Below, one piece after another: positions 9,566 to 18,795 of a DNA stretch of 64,000 nt. The translations under genes and the position numbers were made by a program. The first letter of the stretch is position 1; each line of letters begins with the position of its first letter. Origin of the DNA: Sedimentisphaerales bacterium (GTDB taxonomy: Bacteria > Planctomycetota > Phycisphaerae > Sedimentisphaerales > Anaerobacaceae); contig JAXGYC010000008.1 in NCBI GenBank assembly GCA_040772485.1, forward strand, positions 1 through 64,000. Reading direction: 5' to 3'. The notes under the pieces are model-generated. The model was not told where the DNA came from. It saw nothing but the letters and a program-made list of their open reading frames with translations, and ran no database searches.

Positions 9566-11938
9566 TCACGCGGCGTACAGCAATGCTTGGAGCCGGTTCA
9601 CGGCGTCAGTGAGTTTCTCCGGCCCTCCGAAGTACCCGGCGATCTCGATCACGTTGCCGTGACTGGAGATCGGGGGGACCTTGAGTATATCGGGCAGGCG
9701 GAACTGAGCAACGCCATGCTCGGCATATTTCTCCAGAAGCTCATCGAGGATGGTCCTGGCCTGCGGCCCGTACTGCTCGAAGAACGCTTTCTGCTCTTGC
9801 TTGAGGCTGGTGGCCCGCTCCCGCCGGGTTCGTAAGGGAGCACTATAGGCAACATGGCAAAGCAAATCGAACGGGTCTGCATCGGTCTGGCCCGTCACCT
9901 CGGCAAGCTGCTCGAAATCAATCCCACGGTCGGCCAGGGCCTCGATGATTTCGGACCGCTGGCTTGGATCGGCCCATTTCTCCCGGAGCTTCGCGGCGGA
10001 AGGATAGAGGGTCCGGACCTTCTCGCCCGTGTAGTCGGTGTACTTGACCACGCGGAGCTTGTTGCCGTCGGAGTCAAGCTCGTAGACCAAGTGGGCGGCG
10101 ATTTCGACGTGTCCACCGTCCACGTACAGCTTGCGATGTACGACTCCCGGCGGCTCTATGATCTCACTTGTTTCCTGAGAGGGATCAACCTCCCAATCGA
10201 CCAGTAGGGGTTCGTCCTTCTGAACAATCTCTTCGCACTTGATCTGGCCATTCTCATCGATTTCCTGCTCCGTGACGAAAGCCGGATAGCCGTCGAATTC
10301 GGGGTCGGCGAAGTGCCGAGTCGCGGAGCCTGTGTAGTCCAGGATGTTGAAGTAGTACTTGTCGTAATCGTCGCGTACCCGCGTTCCCCGGCCGATGATC
10401 TGTTTGAACTCGGTCATGGCCCCGATCACTCGCACGATGGCGATATTCTTGCACGCGGGGATGTCCACGCCGGTCGTCAGTAGTTGCGATGTGGTCAGGA
10501 TGACGGGGCTGACGGTCTCCAACTCCTGGAACCGGCTCAGATGTCCCCGGCCGATTTGGCCTTCTTCGGCGGTGACGCGGCACACGTAGTCCGGGTGCTC
10601 CCGCGCCAGATCGGCATTGAGGTTGTTCAGTTCGCTGCGCATCTCGTCGGCGTGTTCTTGATCGACACAAAAGACGATGGTCTTGGCGAACCGGCCGTTC
10701 TTCGCCATGAACTCGGCCAAGTGCTTGGCGATAGCCTTGGTGCGGGCCTTGAGGGCAACCTTGCGCTCGAAATCGGGCGTCTGGTATTCCTCGTCGGGGA
10801 TTTCCCGGCCATAGCGATCCAGCTCGCCCTTGCTCGGCCGCCAGCCGGCGGCATCGTAGTCGGTCACAACCCGATGGACGCGGTACGGGGCGAGAAAGCC
10901 GTCGTCGATGCCCTGCGCGAGACTGTATGTGTAGATCGGATTGCCGAAATACTTATACGTGTCGCGGTTGTCTTCGCGGAGCGGTGTAGCGGTCATGCCA
11001 AGCTGGTAGGCTGGCTCGAAATACTCCAGGATATCCCGCCAGTTGCTCTCGTCCTTGGCACTGCCTCTGTGGCACTCATCCACGATGATGAGGTCAAAGA
11101 AATCCCGACCGAACTCCTTGTAGAGACCGGGACGGCACTTGTCCTGGGCGATAGCCTGATAGATGGCGAAGTACATTTCGCGGCTCTTGGTGATCTCGCC
11201 GTTGGCGATCTTGTACCGAGCGTCGCCGAACGCGGCGAACATCTTGTCTTTGGGATCATCGACAAGGAAGTTGCGGTCCGACAGGTAGAGAATCTTGGGC
11301 CGACGGTACTCGCCGGTCCTGTTCCACCGGGACGACCAGAGTTTCCAACAGATCTGGAAGGCGACCAGCGTCTTACCCGTCCCTGTGGCCAGAGTGATGA
11401 GGATGCGGGATTTGCCTTGGAGGATAGCTCGCACGACTCTATTGATGGCGATTTCCTGGTAGTACCGGGGCGTCTTGCCAGCGAGCGGAAACGATGGCGT
11501 CAAGAGCTTGGTGGTAACCTCCGTGCCTATGCTTTGGGCCTGTGTGAGCCTCGACCATAGATCGTCCGGCGTGGGAAATGCCGAAATCTGACGTTCTCGG
11601 CCGGTCAGGAAGTCGAACTCGACGATTCCCTGCCCATTCGTGGAGTAGGCGAACTTCAGGTCCAGGATTTCGGCGTACTCCTTGGCCTGCTGCAATCCAT
11701 CGGTCGCTAACTTGTAGTCCGCCTTAGCCTCCACGACGGCGATGAGGAAATCAGCGGTGTGGCGGAGCAGGTAATCGGCCCGCTTTTGCTTCTTCCGACG
11801 GACCTTGTTGCCGGAAACGACGATTCGGCCGTCGGTGAAAGTCCTCTGCTCGGTGAACGAGTGTGGCTCCGCGTCCCATCCGGCCTCGACAAGCCTGGGA
11901 ACCACGTACTTCCGACAGGTGTCAGCTTCGGTAGCCAA
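9566..11938 (-). CDS. hsdR: Type I restriction endonuclease subunit R (EcoEI/EcoAI-like)
   Basis: ADYLL...VVEAK nuclease motif, ATGTGKT Walker A, DECHR, TATP, QIIGRGTR; EcoEI-like C-terminus. Confidence 0.96.
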   Translation of the reverse strand: MATEADTCRKYVVPRLVEAGWDAEPHSFTEQRTFTDGRIVVSGNKVRRKKQKRADYLLRHTADFLIAVVEAKADYKLATDGLQQAKEYAEILDLKFAYSTNGQGIVEFDFLTGRERQISAFPTPDDLWSRLTQAQSIGTEVTTKLLTPSFPLAGKTPRYYQEIAINRVVRAILQGKSRILITLATGTGKTLVAFQICWKLWSSRWNRTGEYRRPKILYLSDRNFLVDDPKDKMFAAFGDARYKIANGEITKSREMYFAIYQAIAQDKCRPGLYKEFGRDFFDLIIVDECHRGSAKDESNWRDILEYFEPAYQLGMTATPLREDNRDTYKYFGNPIYTYSLAQGIDDGFLAPYRVHRVVTDYDAAGWRPSKGELDRYGREIPDEEYQTPDFERKVALKARTKAIAKHLAEFMAKNGRFAKTIVFCVDQEHADEMRSELNNLNADLAREHPDYVCRVTAEEGQIGRGHLSRFQELETVSPVILTTSQLLTTGVDIPACKNIAIVRVIGAMTEFKQIIGRGTRVRDDYDKYYFNILDYTGSATRHFADPEFDGYPAFVTEQEIDENGQIKCEEIVQKDEPLLVDWEVDPSQETSEIIEPPGVVHRKLYVDGGHVEIAAHLVYELDSDGNKLRVVKYTDYTGEKVRTLYPSAAKLREKWADPSQRSEIIEALADRGIDFEQLAEVTGQTDADPFDLLCHVAYSAPLRTRRERATSLKQEQKAFFEQYGPQARTILDELLEKYAEHGVAQFRLPDILKVPPISSHGNVIEIAGYFGGPEKLTDAVNRLQALLYAA

Positions 11939-12343
11939 GCCTTCTGTCCCTCAGAGCACGGACATTCACGACCTGAATATGCACGTCGCTTAGGATTCCG
12001 CCGAATCCCAGAGGTAGTATCGGCCAAAGCGGCTGCCGAATCCAGCAGTTCTTGGACCTTTTGGCCTGCATGCCACCGTCGGTTATCGGAACAGAAGGCC
12101 AAGGGGGCGAGGGGAGGGTTCCTTCCCGAGTTGTGCGCGCACAACCCTTGGCCATCCTGTAGAGCGTCTGTGGCGGGCCGGATGGTGGACGAGAAGACCA
12201 GGGGAGATTGCCGTTTTTCGCGACCGAGGGCCTCCACCGACCGTCGGCTGCCTGCCTTCTCCGGCGGGTTCGACCCGATTCTGGGCACATTTCCAGGCCG
12301 CTTGGACGCCTTACATGAGCCTCGAAGGCCCGCGCGACGCCGG

Positions 12344-12374
12344 TTCTGTACGCAGTATAGACATAGGATGTACA
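12344..12374. other. Putative tyrosine-recombinase core site B (11-6-11)
   Basis: (TTC)TGTACGCAGTA-TAGACA-TAGGATGTACA; related to site A. Confidence 0.6.
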
Positions 12375-12471
12375 ATCGGTTCCGGCGGCGGCTCGCGAAG
12401 CCTCTCGGAGCGTAGGAGACCTGGCGACACGACGAATAGAACTGCCCGCATAGGTCACCGACGAGGGCAAC

Positions 12472-12500
12472 TTGACAGGCGTAAAACAACGCGATAGGTT
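12472..12500 (+). promoter_or_regulatory. Putative sigma70 promoter for the 12606 gene
   Basis: TTGACA, 17 bp spacer, TAGGTT. Confidence 0.35.
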
Positions 12501-12605
12501 CGCGTCACCGGGTCGCTCCCGGTGAACGAAATATGCTCCGGTTGTCCGCCCGCTTACTGACCTGGGCCGGGCGCTCAACCGGAGCCCTTTTGACAGGTCA
12601 GATCC

Positions 12606-13547
12606 ATGCCACGCAAGAGTAAGAAATCCGAAGGCCCCGAACGGGCATTCGACGTCACCCTACTGCCCGAGAAGTATACCCTGGCGGACCTCGAACGAAT
12701 GGCCGGAATCAGCCAAGCGGATTCCGGCGTGCCGGACGCGGGGCCGAACAACTCGATACTTCCCAAGCCGGGCGAAGATTGCCGGACGCTACCGCCGTTG
12801 CCGCCAGAGAACGCAAACCTCTCGATCCCCGACCTGGCCGCCGAACTCCGCCCTGTCATGGCGCTATTCCCCCAGGCACAGGCCGTCATCGAGTACGGGA
12901 TGAAACATCCGCTTTCCGGCGAACAGCGACGCCGCCTGACTATTGCGTTCGACAACGAGCGTGCCGCTGTTCAGCGAATCCTTGAGGAGTTGGTGGGAGG
13001 TCTCCAAGACATCCCTGTGCACGACCGTACCGAATGGCATCGGCAGTTCATGGACGTGTGCAGTCGCCTGGTGGAACTGGTCAACGCATGCCTTTCCGAC
13101 CGAAAGACCGACATGGATCGACTGGACTGCTTGTACCGGGAGTATCTCGACGTGCTCGGCCAGATAGGCTTCTTCCTGAACGTCCAGGCTAACGAGATGG
13201 AACGAGAACACGCTCGCTTTGTGCGGGACTTTGCGAAACAGAGGCGAGCGCACGACGCTGCGAAGACGGGGGCCGGTACGCTCGTCGTGCAAGCCGATAT
13301 GGCCCAGACATCACCGCCACAATTAACCGAAGGTGCGTTCACGATTCTATGCACGCTGGCGGACAGTCCCACCCGCCTGATGCAAGCTGACTTGCAGCAG
13401 TGCACCAAACCGAACATGGATCGAAAGACGGTATCGAAGCACTTGCAGGCCCTCGTCAGAGAGGGCCTAATAGAGTACAACCCGCGCAACAAGCAGGGCG
13501 CTATCATCACCCAAAAAGGAAGGCAATTCCTCGATCGCAAGTCGTAG
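12606..13547 (+). CDS. Putative regulator with C-terminal winged HTH
   Basis: C-terminal MDRKTVSKHLQALVREGLI...ITQKG wHTH; heads the replication gene cluster. Confidence 0.6.
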   Translation: MPRKSKKSEGPERAFDVTLLPEKYTLADLERMAGISQADSGVPDAGPNNSILPKPGEDCRTLPPLPPENANLSIPDLAAELRPVMALFPQAQAVIEYGMKHPLSGEQRRRLTIAFDNERAAVQRILEELVGGLQDIPVHDRTEWHRQFMDVCSRLVELVNACLSDRKTDMDRLDCLYREYLDVLGQIGFFLNVQANEMEREHARFVRDFAKQRRAHDAAKTGAGTLVVQADMAQTSPPQLTEGAFTILCTLADSPTRLMQADLQQCTKPNMDRKTVSKHLQALVREGLIEYNPRNKQGAIITQKGRQFLDRKS

Positions 13548-13633
13548 GCCATCTCACGTCGCACCCATATTCCCCATATCCGCCCGGTATTCGCCACACA
13601 TGATCCAGATGTCAACACGATGATGTCTGGAGC

Positions 13634-13840
13634 ATGAGCACAAGACATCCAATTCAAGTAGTGCCAATGGCAAAACGCCTCGGAGTGGCTCCGGCCTGGC
13701 TCCGGCAAGAGGCCGAAGAGGGTCGCATTCCCTGTCTCATCGCCGGGGGCATCCTGCTCTTCGACGCCGTCGCCGTCGAATCCGCACTTGCCGAACGCGC
13801 CGCCCAGGCCGGATCTCAGTCTGAAGGGACCCCATCGTGA
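13634..13840 (+). CDS. Small excisionase-like HTH protein
   Basis: MAKRLGVAPAWLRQEAEEGRIPC...LLFD (HTH_17/MerR-like). Confidence 0.7.
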   Translation: MSTRHPIQVVPMAKRLGVAPAWLRQEAEEGRIPCLIAGGILLFDAVAVESALAERAAQAGSQSEGTPS

Positions 13841-13992
13841 ATGCACGGCAAGAAGTATGGAGAGGGCTCGCAAAATGGGCGACCGCAGCCTGCCCGCCTG
13901 GACGCCCAAGGTCAATCAAATCCTCGGTCGCCACGCACTACATCGCGCGGCGACCCTCGAACAGGGCCGCTGGCCCGGAGGCGACCTCATGA
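13837..13992 (+). CDS. 51-aa hypothetical protein (not in ORF track)
   Basis: Open frame coupled at both ends (GTGA overlap upstream, ATGA overlap downstream). Confidence 0.45.
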   Translation: MNARQEVWRGLAKWATAACPPGRPRSIKSSVATHYIARRPSNRAAGPEATS

Positions 13993-14306
13993 GCCAAATC
14001 GACGACTACATGGAATACTTCGGGGGGCCGAGACCCAACTGCTCGATCTGCGGTCATGGTCCAGCGGACGCATTTTGGATGGCAGACGCCGGGCGCTTCT
14101 TCGTCTGCCGCCGGTGTGCTACCGGAGTGTTCTCGAAGCTGCTGGCCGACGCTATCACGAACGAGATCAACCCCGAGTTGGGTGATCCGCACAAACAGAT
14201 CGAGCAGGCCCGGGGAGAGTTTGAGAAGGAGTTCCATCGGGCCATCGTTATCGTGTTGTGTCGTCGGTTGGCGCAGAGATCGCCGACGGATCGGGAGGTG
14301 GTGTAG
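13989..14306 (+). CDS. C4 zinc-finger protein (ClpX-ZnF-like)
   Basis: CSICG...FVCRRC; GGAGG upstream of ATG 13989. Confidence 0.6.
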   Translation: MSQIDDYMEYFGGPRPNCSICGHGPADAFWMADAGRFFVCRRCATGVFSKLLADAITNEINPELGDPHKQIEQARGEFEKEFHRAIVIVLCRRLAQRSPTDREVV

Positions 14307-15065
14307 ATGTACGGCAAGGTCTTTGCGAGCATGTTCACAGGCAGCATGATGGGCGTTGGCAGCCACGTCTACTCCGTGATGACCTACGCAATCGTAAACG
14401 CTGATGCGGACGGGTTTGTAGAACTGAACGCACGTCTTCTTTCCGTCTTGATTGGTGATCCTCAGGATCGAATAGAAGAGGCAATCGCGTATCTCTGCAA
14501 GCCCGATCCAGACAGCCGAACCCCAGATCAGGATGGCCGACGGTTACTGAAGAAGGGCCAGTTTCTGTACCAATTGGTCAACTACGCTTACTACCGGGAG
14601 ATACGGAAACGGGAGGATCGGCGAGAGCAGAATCGGGAGGCGAAGCGGCGGGAGCGGCAAAAGGCTAAGTCAGCGGATGTCAGCACACGTCAGCAATGTC
14701 AGCATATGTCAGCAATGTCAGCCCAAGCAGAAGCAGAGGTAGAAGGAGAAGAAGAAAGTAGAAAGAAGAAACCCGCTTCGCGGCCCAGGGGAAGGAAGCC
14801 CTTCACCCCGCCCACACCCAGGGAGGTCGAGGACTACGCCGAGTCGCTGGGGTACACGAACTTCCACAACGGACAGGTTTTCGTGGACTACTACGCCCCC
14901 CGGGGTTGGCGCGACATGAAGGGCCAACCTGTCCGTGACTGGAAGGCCAAGCTCCGCAACGTCTGGCTCAAGGACCTGAAGAAGCCCCAGCGTGGCGACA
15001 GCGATTGGTTACCTACTGAGGAAGAAGCGGATGCCATCTATGCAGAATGCGCAGACACAAATTGA
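14307..15065 (+). CDS. Phage-type replication initiator
   Basis: N-terminal wHTH-like region, REQNREAKRRER linker, internal iterons, C-terminal FTPPT..EV...FVDYY...GW...DWKA. Confidence 0.7.
   Translation: MYGKVFASMFTGSMMGVGSHVYSVMTYAIVNADADGFVELNARLLSVLIGDPQDRIEEAIAYLCKPDPDSRTPDQDGRRLLKKGQFLYQLVNYAYYREIRKREDRREQNREAKRRERQKAKSADVSTRQQCQHMSAMSAQAEAEVEGEEESRKKKPASRPRGRKPFTPPTPREVEDYAESLGYTNFHNGQVFVDYYAPRGWRDMKGQPVRDWKAKLRNVWLKDLKKPQRGDSDWLPTEEEADAIYAECADTN
14669..14771 (+). repeat. Iteron array plus purine-rich tract (putative replication origin)
   Basis: Six GTCAGC copies at 14669, 14679, 14689, 14698, 14708 and 14717, then an A/G-rich strand-biased tract. Confidence 0.7.
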
Positions 15066-16803
15066 GCGGCAAAGCCGAGAAGCTCTCGAACACGAACTGA
15101 GGCAGGCCGGAGCCGAGATACGCGGCAGCGAGATTCGTTGCCCCTGGCACGACGACAGGCATGCCAGCGGATCGATATGGCAGGACGAGCAAGGCGTCTG
15201 GCGGTACACGTGCCACGTGTGCGGCGCTGGCGGCGACGTGTTCGACCTGCGAGCACGTCGATCAGGCCGGACTGTCGGTGACGTTCTACGAGAGGCAAAC
15301 GGGACCCGGCAGCCGATGCGGGACCGAGCCCCGAATGTACCCAAGCCTGAGCACGTCTTCGTCACCTTGGGCGATCTCCGCCTTGCCGTGGCTCGCGGCG
15401 GTCAGATCGAGGACGAGTACGCCTACGTGAATCCGGACACGAACGAGGCGGATCTTCTCGTCTTCCGACTGCGAACGGACCGGGGCAAACAGTTCCGACA
15501 AGCTCACCCAGTCCCCGGCGGTTGGGTAATGAAGGCCCCGCCGAAGCCCTGGCCGCTGTACAACCGCGTGGGGATCACCGAGGCCAAGGAGATCATCGTA
15601 GCCGAAGGGGAGAAGTGCGCAAACGCGCTGATTGCCTTGGGCTTGCCGGCTACTACCGCGCCATGCGGAGCGGGGAAGGCCGAATATGCGGATTGGCAGC
15701 CACTTGCAGGTAAGCGGGTGATGCTCTGGCCCGACAACGACGAACCGGGCAGGTCGCACATGAAGACCGTGGCCGGGCTTCTCTCGAAGCTGGACCCGAA
15801 GCCTGTTGTGTCCATGATCGAGCCGAACGACCTGGACCTGGGGCAAAAGGAAGACGCCTACGACTTCATCGATCAATGCCGAGTAGCGGGCATCAACCCA
15901 CGGCAAGCTGTTCTGGGCGCCATGGAGCGGGCGAAGCCTACTGGACCGGTGGCCGAGTACGAAGAGCGTCTGCGCCGGATTGAGGCCGGCGTACTGGCCT
16001 GCCTGGCCTTGCCGTGGCTGGAGCTGGCAAGACTCACGCGACTCGGTGCGCCGGGGCGGTTGACCGTGATCGCGGGCCGACAGGGCGCTGCGAAGAGCTT
16101 CTTCGCGCTACAGCTCCTGCGGCATTGGATCGATATGGGCATCCCCATCTCGGCGTACTTCCTCGAAGGCGATGTGGGGGACTTGATGGACCGGACCTTG
16201 GCGCAAGTGTCCGGGATCGCCGATGTCACCGACCTGGATTGGCAGAAGGCCAACGCCGGGCGGATGCGGGAACTCACGGATAAACACCGCGTAGACCTCG
16301 ACCGGGTTGCTGGGGTGGTAACGGTGAGCGCGGGCCTGGGCCTTGAGACGCTCGACGACTTGGCGGCCTGGGTCGAGGAGCAAGCCAAGGCCGGACGGCG
16401 GGCGATCATCATCGACCCTGTTTCGGCGGCGGTCCGCAAGGGGCAGCCGTGGGTAGCGGACCCCGCGTTCGTGCGACGCGTCAAGCGGGCAGCGATTGAC
16501 CATGAATGCAGCATTATTCTCGTGACCCACCTGGTCAAGGGCGCAGACGAGGGCACACCCGACAAGGTGGCCGGATCGGCAGCCTACGGGCGATTCTCTG
16601 ATTGCGTTTTGCAGATCATGCGCCACGACAAGAAGACGAGTTTGACCAAGAGCCCCCTGGGCCGAATGAAGATTGGGCACAACCAGACCATCTTCATCGA
16701 GAAGGCCAGAGCGCCGGGAACGGGCTTGCGGCTGGCCTTCAACCTGACAGCGGGACTCACGTTTGAGGAACACGGAATCATTTTACGGAAAGCAGAATCA
16801 TGA
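15040..16803 (+). CDS. Primase-helicase (CHC2 zinc finger, TOPRIM, DnaB-like ATPase)
   Basis: CPWHDD...CHVC; AEGEKC and PDND TOPRIM motifs; GRQGAAKS and IIIDP. Confidence 0.85.
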   Translation: MQNAQTQIERQSREALEHELRQAGAEIRGSEIRCPWHDDRHASGSIWQDEQGVWRYTCHVCGAGGDVFDLRARRSGRTVGDVLREANGTRQPMRDRAPNVPKPEHVFVTLGDLRLAVARGGQIEDEYAYVNPDTNEADLLVFRLRTDRGKQFRQAHPVPGGWVMKAPPKPWPLYNRVGITEAKEIIVAEGEKCANALIALGLPATTAPCGAGKAEYADWQPLAGKRVMLWPDNDEPGRSHMKTVAGLLSKLDPKPVVSMIEPNDLDLGQKEDAYDFIDQCRVAGINPRQAVLGAMERAKPTGPVAEYEERLRRIEAGVLACLALPWLELARLTRLGAPGRLTVIAGRQGAAKSFFALQLLRHWIDMGIPISAYFLEGDVGDLMDRTLAQVSGIADVTDLDWQKANAGRMRELTDKHRVDLDRVAGVVTVSAGLGLETLDDLAAWVEEQAKAGRRAIIIDPVSAAVRKGQPWVADPAFVRRVKRAAIDHECSIILVTHLVKGADEGTPDKVAGSAAYGRFSDCVLQIMRHDKKTSLTKSPLGRMKIGHNQTIFIEKARAPGTGLRLAFNLTAGLTFEEHGIILRKAES

Positions 16804-17132
16804 ACGGAACGCAGTGTTTGACCTGCCCACGACGCTTGGGCATCGAGATCATCAAGGCGGCGGGCCTGCCGGAACATCTGGGCGACCTGTGGGTGGCCGA
16901 GACGATGATCGACGGCAACGGCGTCACGACGTACCACGTGGCCCAACTGGCAGACGTCCTGGAGATGAACGAACTACAGGTCCGCCAGGGTTGGTCGAGC
17001 GGCTACGTGCTGTTCGCCTTGTGCCGGACGATGGACGAAGCACATGCCGCCTGCGAACGGATGAAACGCCAGCAGGCTGCCGGGGCCGAACTGAACGTGG
17101 ACGTGGCAATGAGTGGAGCCAAGAACGAGTAG
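16800..17132 (+). CDS. Hypothetical protein
   Basis: ATGA-coupled ORF within the replication operon. Confidence 0.55.
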   Translation: MNGTQCLTCPRRLGIEIIKAAGLPEHLGDLWVAETMIDGNGVTTYHVAQLADVLEMNELQVRQGWSSGYVLFALCRTMDEAHAACERMKRQQAAGAELNVDVAMSGAKNE

Positions 17133-17384
17133 ATGATGGACGGACGGGACGACAACGTGGACGCTCTGCTGCTATCGGCCAAAGGGGTCGGGAGACTCCT
17201 GGGCATCGGCGAGAGGTTCCTCTGGTCGATGCACAGCAGCGGTGAACTCGGACCCTTGCCGATTCGTCTTGGAAAGCGTACCCTGTGGAGCAGGTTCGAG
17301 TTGACAGCCTGGGTCAAGGCCCGCTGTCCTCGACGCGAGGTGTGGGTCACCATGAAGGGAGAAGATCGACATGCGGCTGTTTAA
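17133..17384 (+). CDS. AlpA-like regulator/excisionase
   Basis: LLLSAKGVGRLLGIG...GPLPIRLGKRTLW...AWVKARCP, directly before the integrase. Confidence 0.85.
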   Translation: MMDGRDDNVDALLLSAKGVGRLLGIGERFLWSMHSSGELGPLPIRLGKRTLWSRFELTAWVKARCPRREVWVTMKGEDRHAAV

Positions 17385-18795
17385 GCCAACGTACAAGGAC
17401 AAGAAGACGGGCCGCCAGCGCAAGGTCAAGAAGTGGTGGATCGAGATGCGCGACCACCTGGAGATTCTCCGGCGGTTCCCGGCTCTTGCCGACAAAGGCC
17501 GCTCCCGCGTGTTCGGCCAGCAGATCGAGAAGCTGATAAACTGCCGGGCGGTGGGCCAACAACCCGATGCCGAGTTGACGCGGTGGCTGGAACGAATACC
17601 GGCCAGGCTGATGGAACGCTTCGTGGAAATCGGCCTTCTCGATTCGACGCGCGCTGCTGCGGGCAAACCGTTGCAGGAACACCTTGTAGATTTTCGGATA
17701 AGCCTGTTCGCCAAGGGCAATACTGCCATGCACGCGCAGACCGTCAGTTCAAGAGTAGAGCGGATCATTTTGGCGTGCGGGTTCAAGATGTGGTCGGACA
17801 TCCGCGCCGACAGGGTCGAGCAATATCTTGCCGGTCTACGAGATCGTGGTCTTTCGGTGCAGACGAGTAATTTCTATCTCCAAGCCCTGCAACAATTCTC
17901 TCGGTGGATGGTGCAGAACCGACGAGCCACCGAGTCGCCGGTTGCTCACCTGAAGCCCCAGAACGTCCGCGTAGACCGTCGGCACGACCGAACGCCCCTT
18001 GAGGTCAGCGAGGTGCGACGCCTGTTGGCGGCAACGGTGAACGGGCCGGAGCGATACGGCATGGATGGGTCCGAGCGGGCCTTGCTCTACCGCCTCACGG
18101 TCGAGACCGGACTACGAAGAAAAGAACTGCGGAGTCTGAAAGTCTCGTCGTTCGACTTCGAGAACAACACGGTGACCGTCGTGGCCGGGTACAGCAAGAG
18201 ACGACGAGAGGATGTCTTACCGCTTCGCGACCAGACGGCAGCAGATCTGAAAGCCTTCTTTGCGGGCAAGACGCCCAACGCCAAGGCATTCGGTGGCCGC
18301 TACAAACAACTGACAGACAAGACGTCGAAAATGATCGAGGCGGACTTGGCCGACGCCGGCATCCCGTACACTGACGATGCGGGTCGCTATCGGGACTTCC
18401 ACGCACTGCGGCATACGTGCGGCAGTTGGCTGGCCGCCAATGGCGTTCACCCCAAGATCGCGCAGGCGATCATGCGGCATTCGGATATCAACCTGACGAT
18501 GAGTCGGTACACGCACATCTTCCGGGGACAGGAAGCGGCGGCAGTCGCCAAGCTGCCCGATTTGACCACGCCGGACCGTCAATCACAAAAGGCGACAGGA
18601 ACAGACGGGAAATATGTAGACGCCAGATTTGACTTGGCGGAAAACTTGGCGTTTTCTTGCGCAGGCAGGGACACCCATATACAGGCATCGACAGGGGACA
18701 CCCCCACTGGTGCTATCGAGAACAGGGTTTTGAAAGCCAACGATCGGATTCGAACCGATAACCCCTGGTTTACAAAACCAGAGCTCTACCGTTGA
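17371..18795 (+). CDS. Tyrosine integrase
   Basis: TGLRRKEL, DFHALRH, MRHS, SRY catalytic set; adjacent to and overlapping the tRNA. Confidence 0.95.
   Translation: MRLFKPTYKDKKTGRQRKVKKWWIEMRDHLEILRRFPALADKGRSRVFGQQIEKLINCRAVGQQPDAELTRWLERIPARLMERFVEIGLLDSTRAAAGKPLQEHLVDFRISLFAKGNTAMHAQTVSSRVERIILACGFKMWSDIRADRVEQYLAGLRDRGLSVQTSNFYLQALQQFSRWMVQNRRATESPVAHLKPQNVRVDRRHDRTPLEVSEVRRLLAATVNGPERYGMDGSERALLYRLTVETGLRRKELRSLKVSSFDFENNTVTVVAGYSKRRREDVLPLRDQTAADLKAFFAGKTPNAKAFGGRYKQLTDKTSKMIEADLADAGIPYTDDAGRYRDFHALRHTCGSWLAANGVHPKIAQAIMRHSDINLTMSRYTHIFRGQEAAAVAKLPDLTTPDRQSQKATGTDGKYVDARFDLAENLAFSCAGRDTHIQASTGDTPTGAIENRVLKANDRIRTDNPWFTKPELYR

Larger units (their letters stand above)
4193..12374. mobile_element. 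Putative nested recombinase-mobilised defence cassette
   Basis: Two related 28-bp sites bracket the recombinase and the five-gene restriction/defence cluster. Confidence 0.55.
1..18780. mobile_element. Phage-satellite-like integrative element at tRNA-Thr(TGT); left boundary probably outside the window, right boundary approximate (within the tRNA 3' half)
   Basis: Tyrosine integrase abutting the tRNA 3' end, AlpA, primase-helicase, rep protein, HTH regulators, TerS-like gene and defence cargo. No capsid/tail operon and no second tRNA-3' copy seen in the window. Confidence 0.8.

Noticed and set aside
11707..12578. Several 200+ aa ORFs between hsdR and the regulator
   Set aside because: Low-complexity translations with no motifs, overlapping hsdR and site B; treated as intergenic.
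1..18734. Second att copy (tRNA 3' duplicate) inside the window
   Set aside because: No repeat of gccaacgatcggattcgaacc found by eye; the left boundary is probably upstream of base 1.
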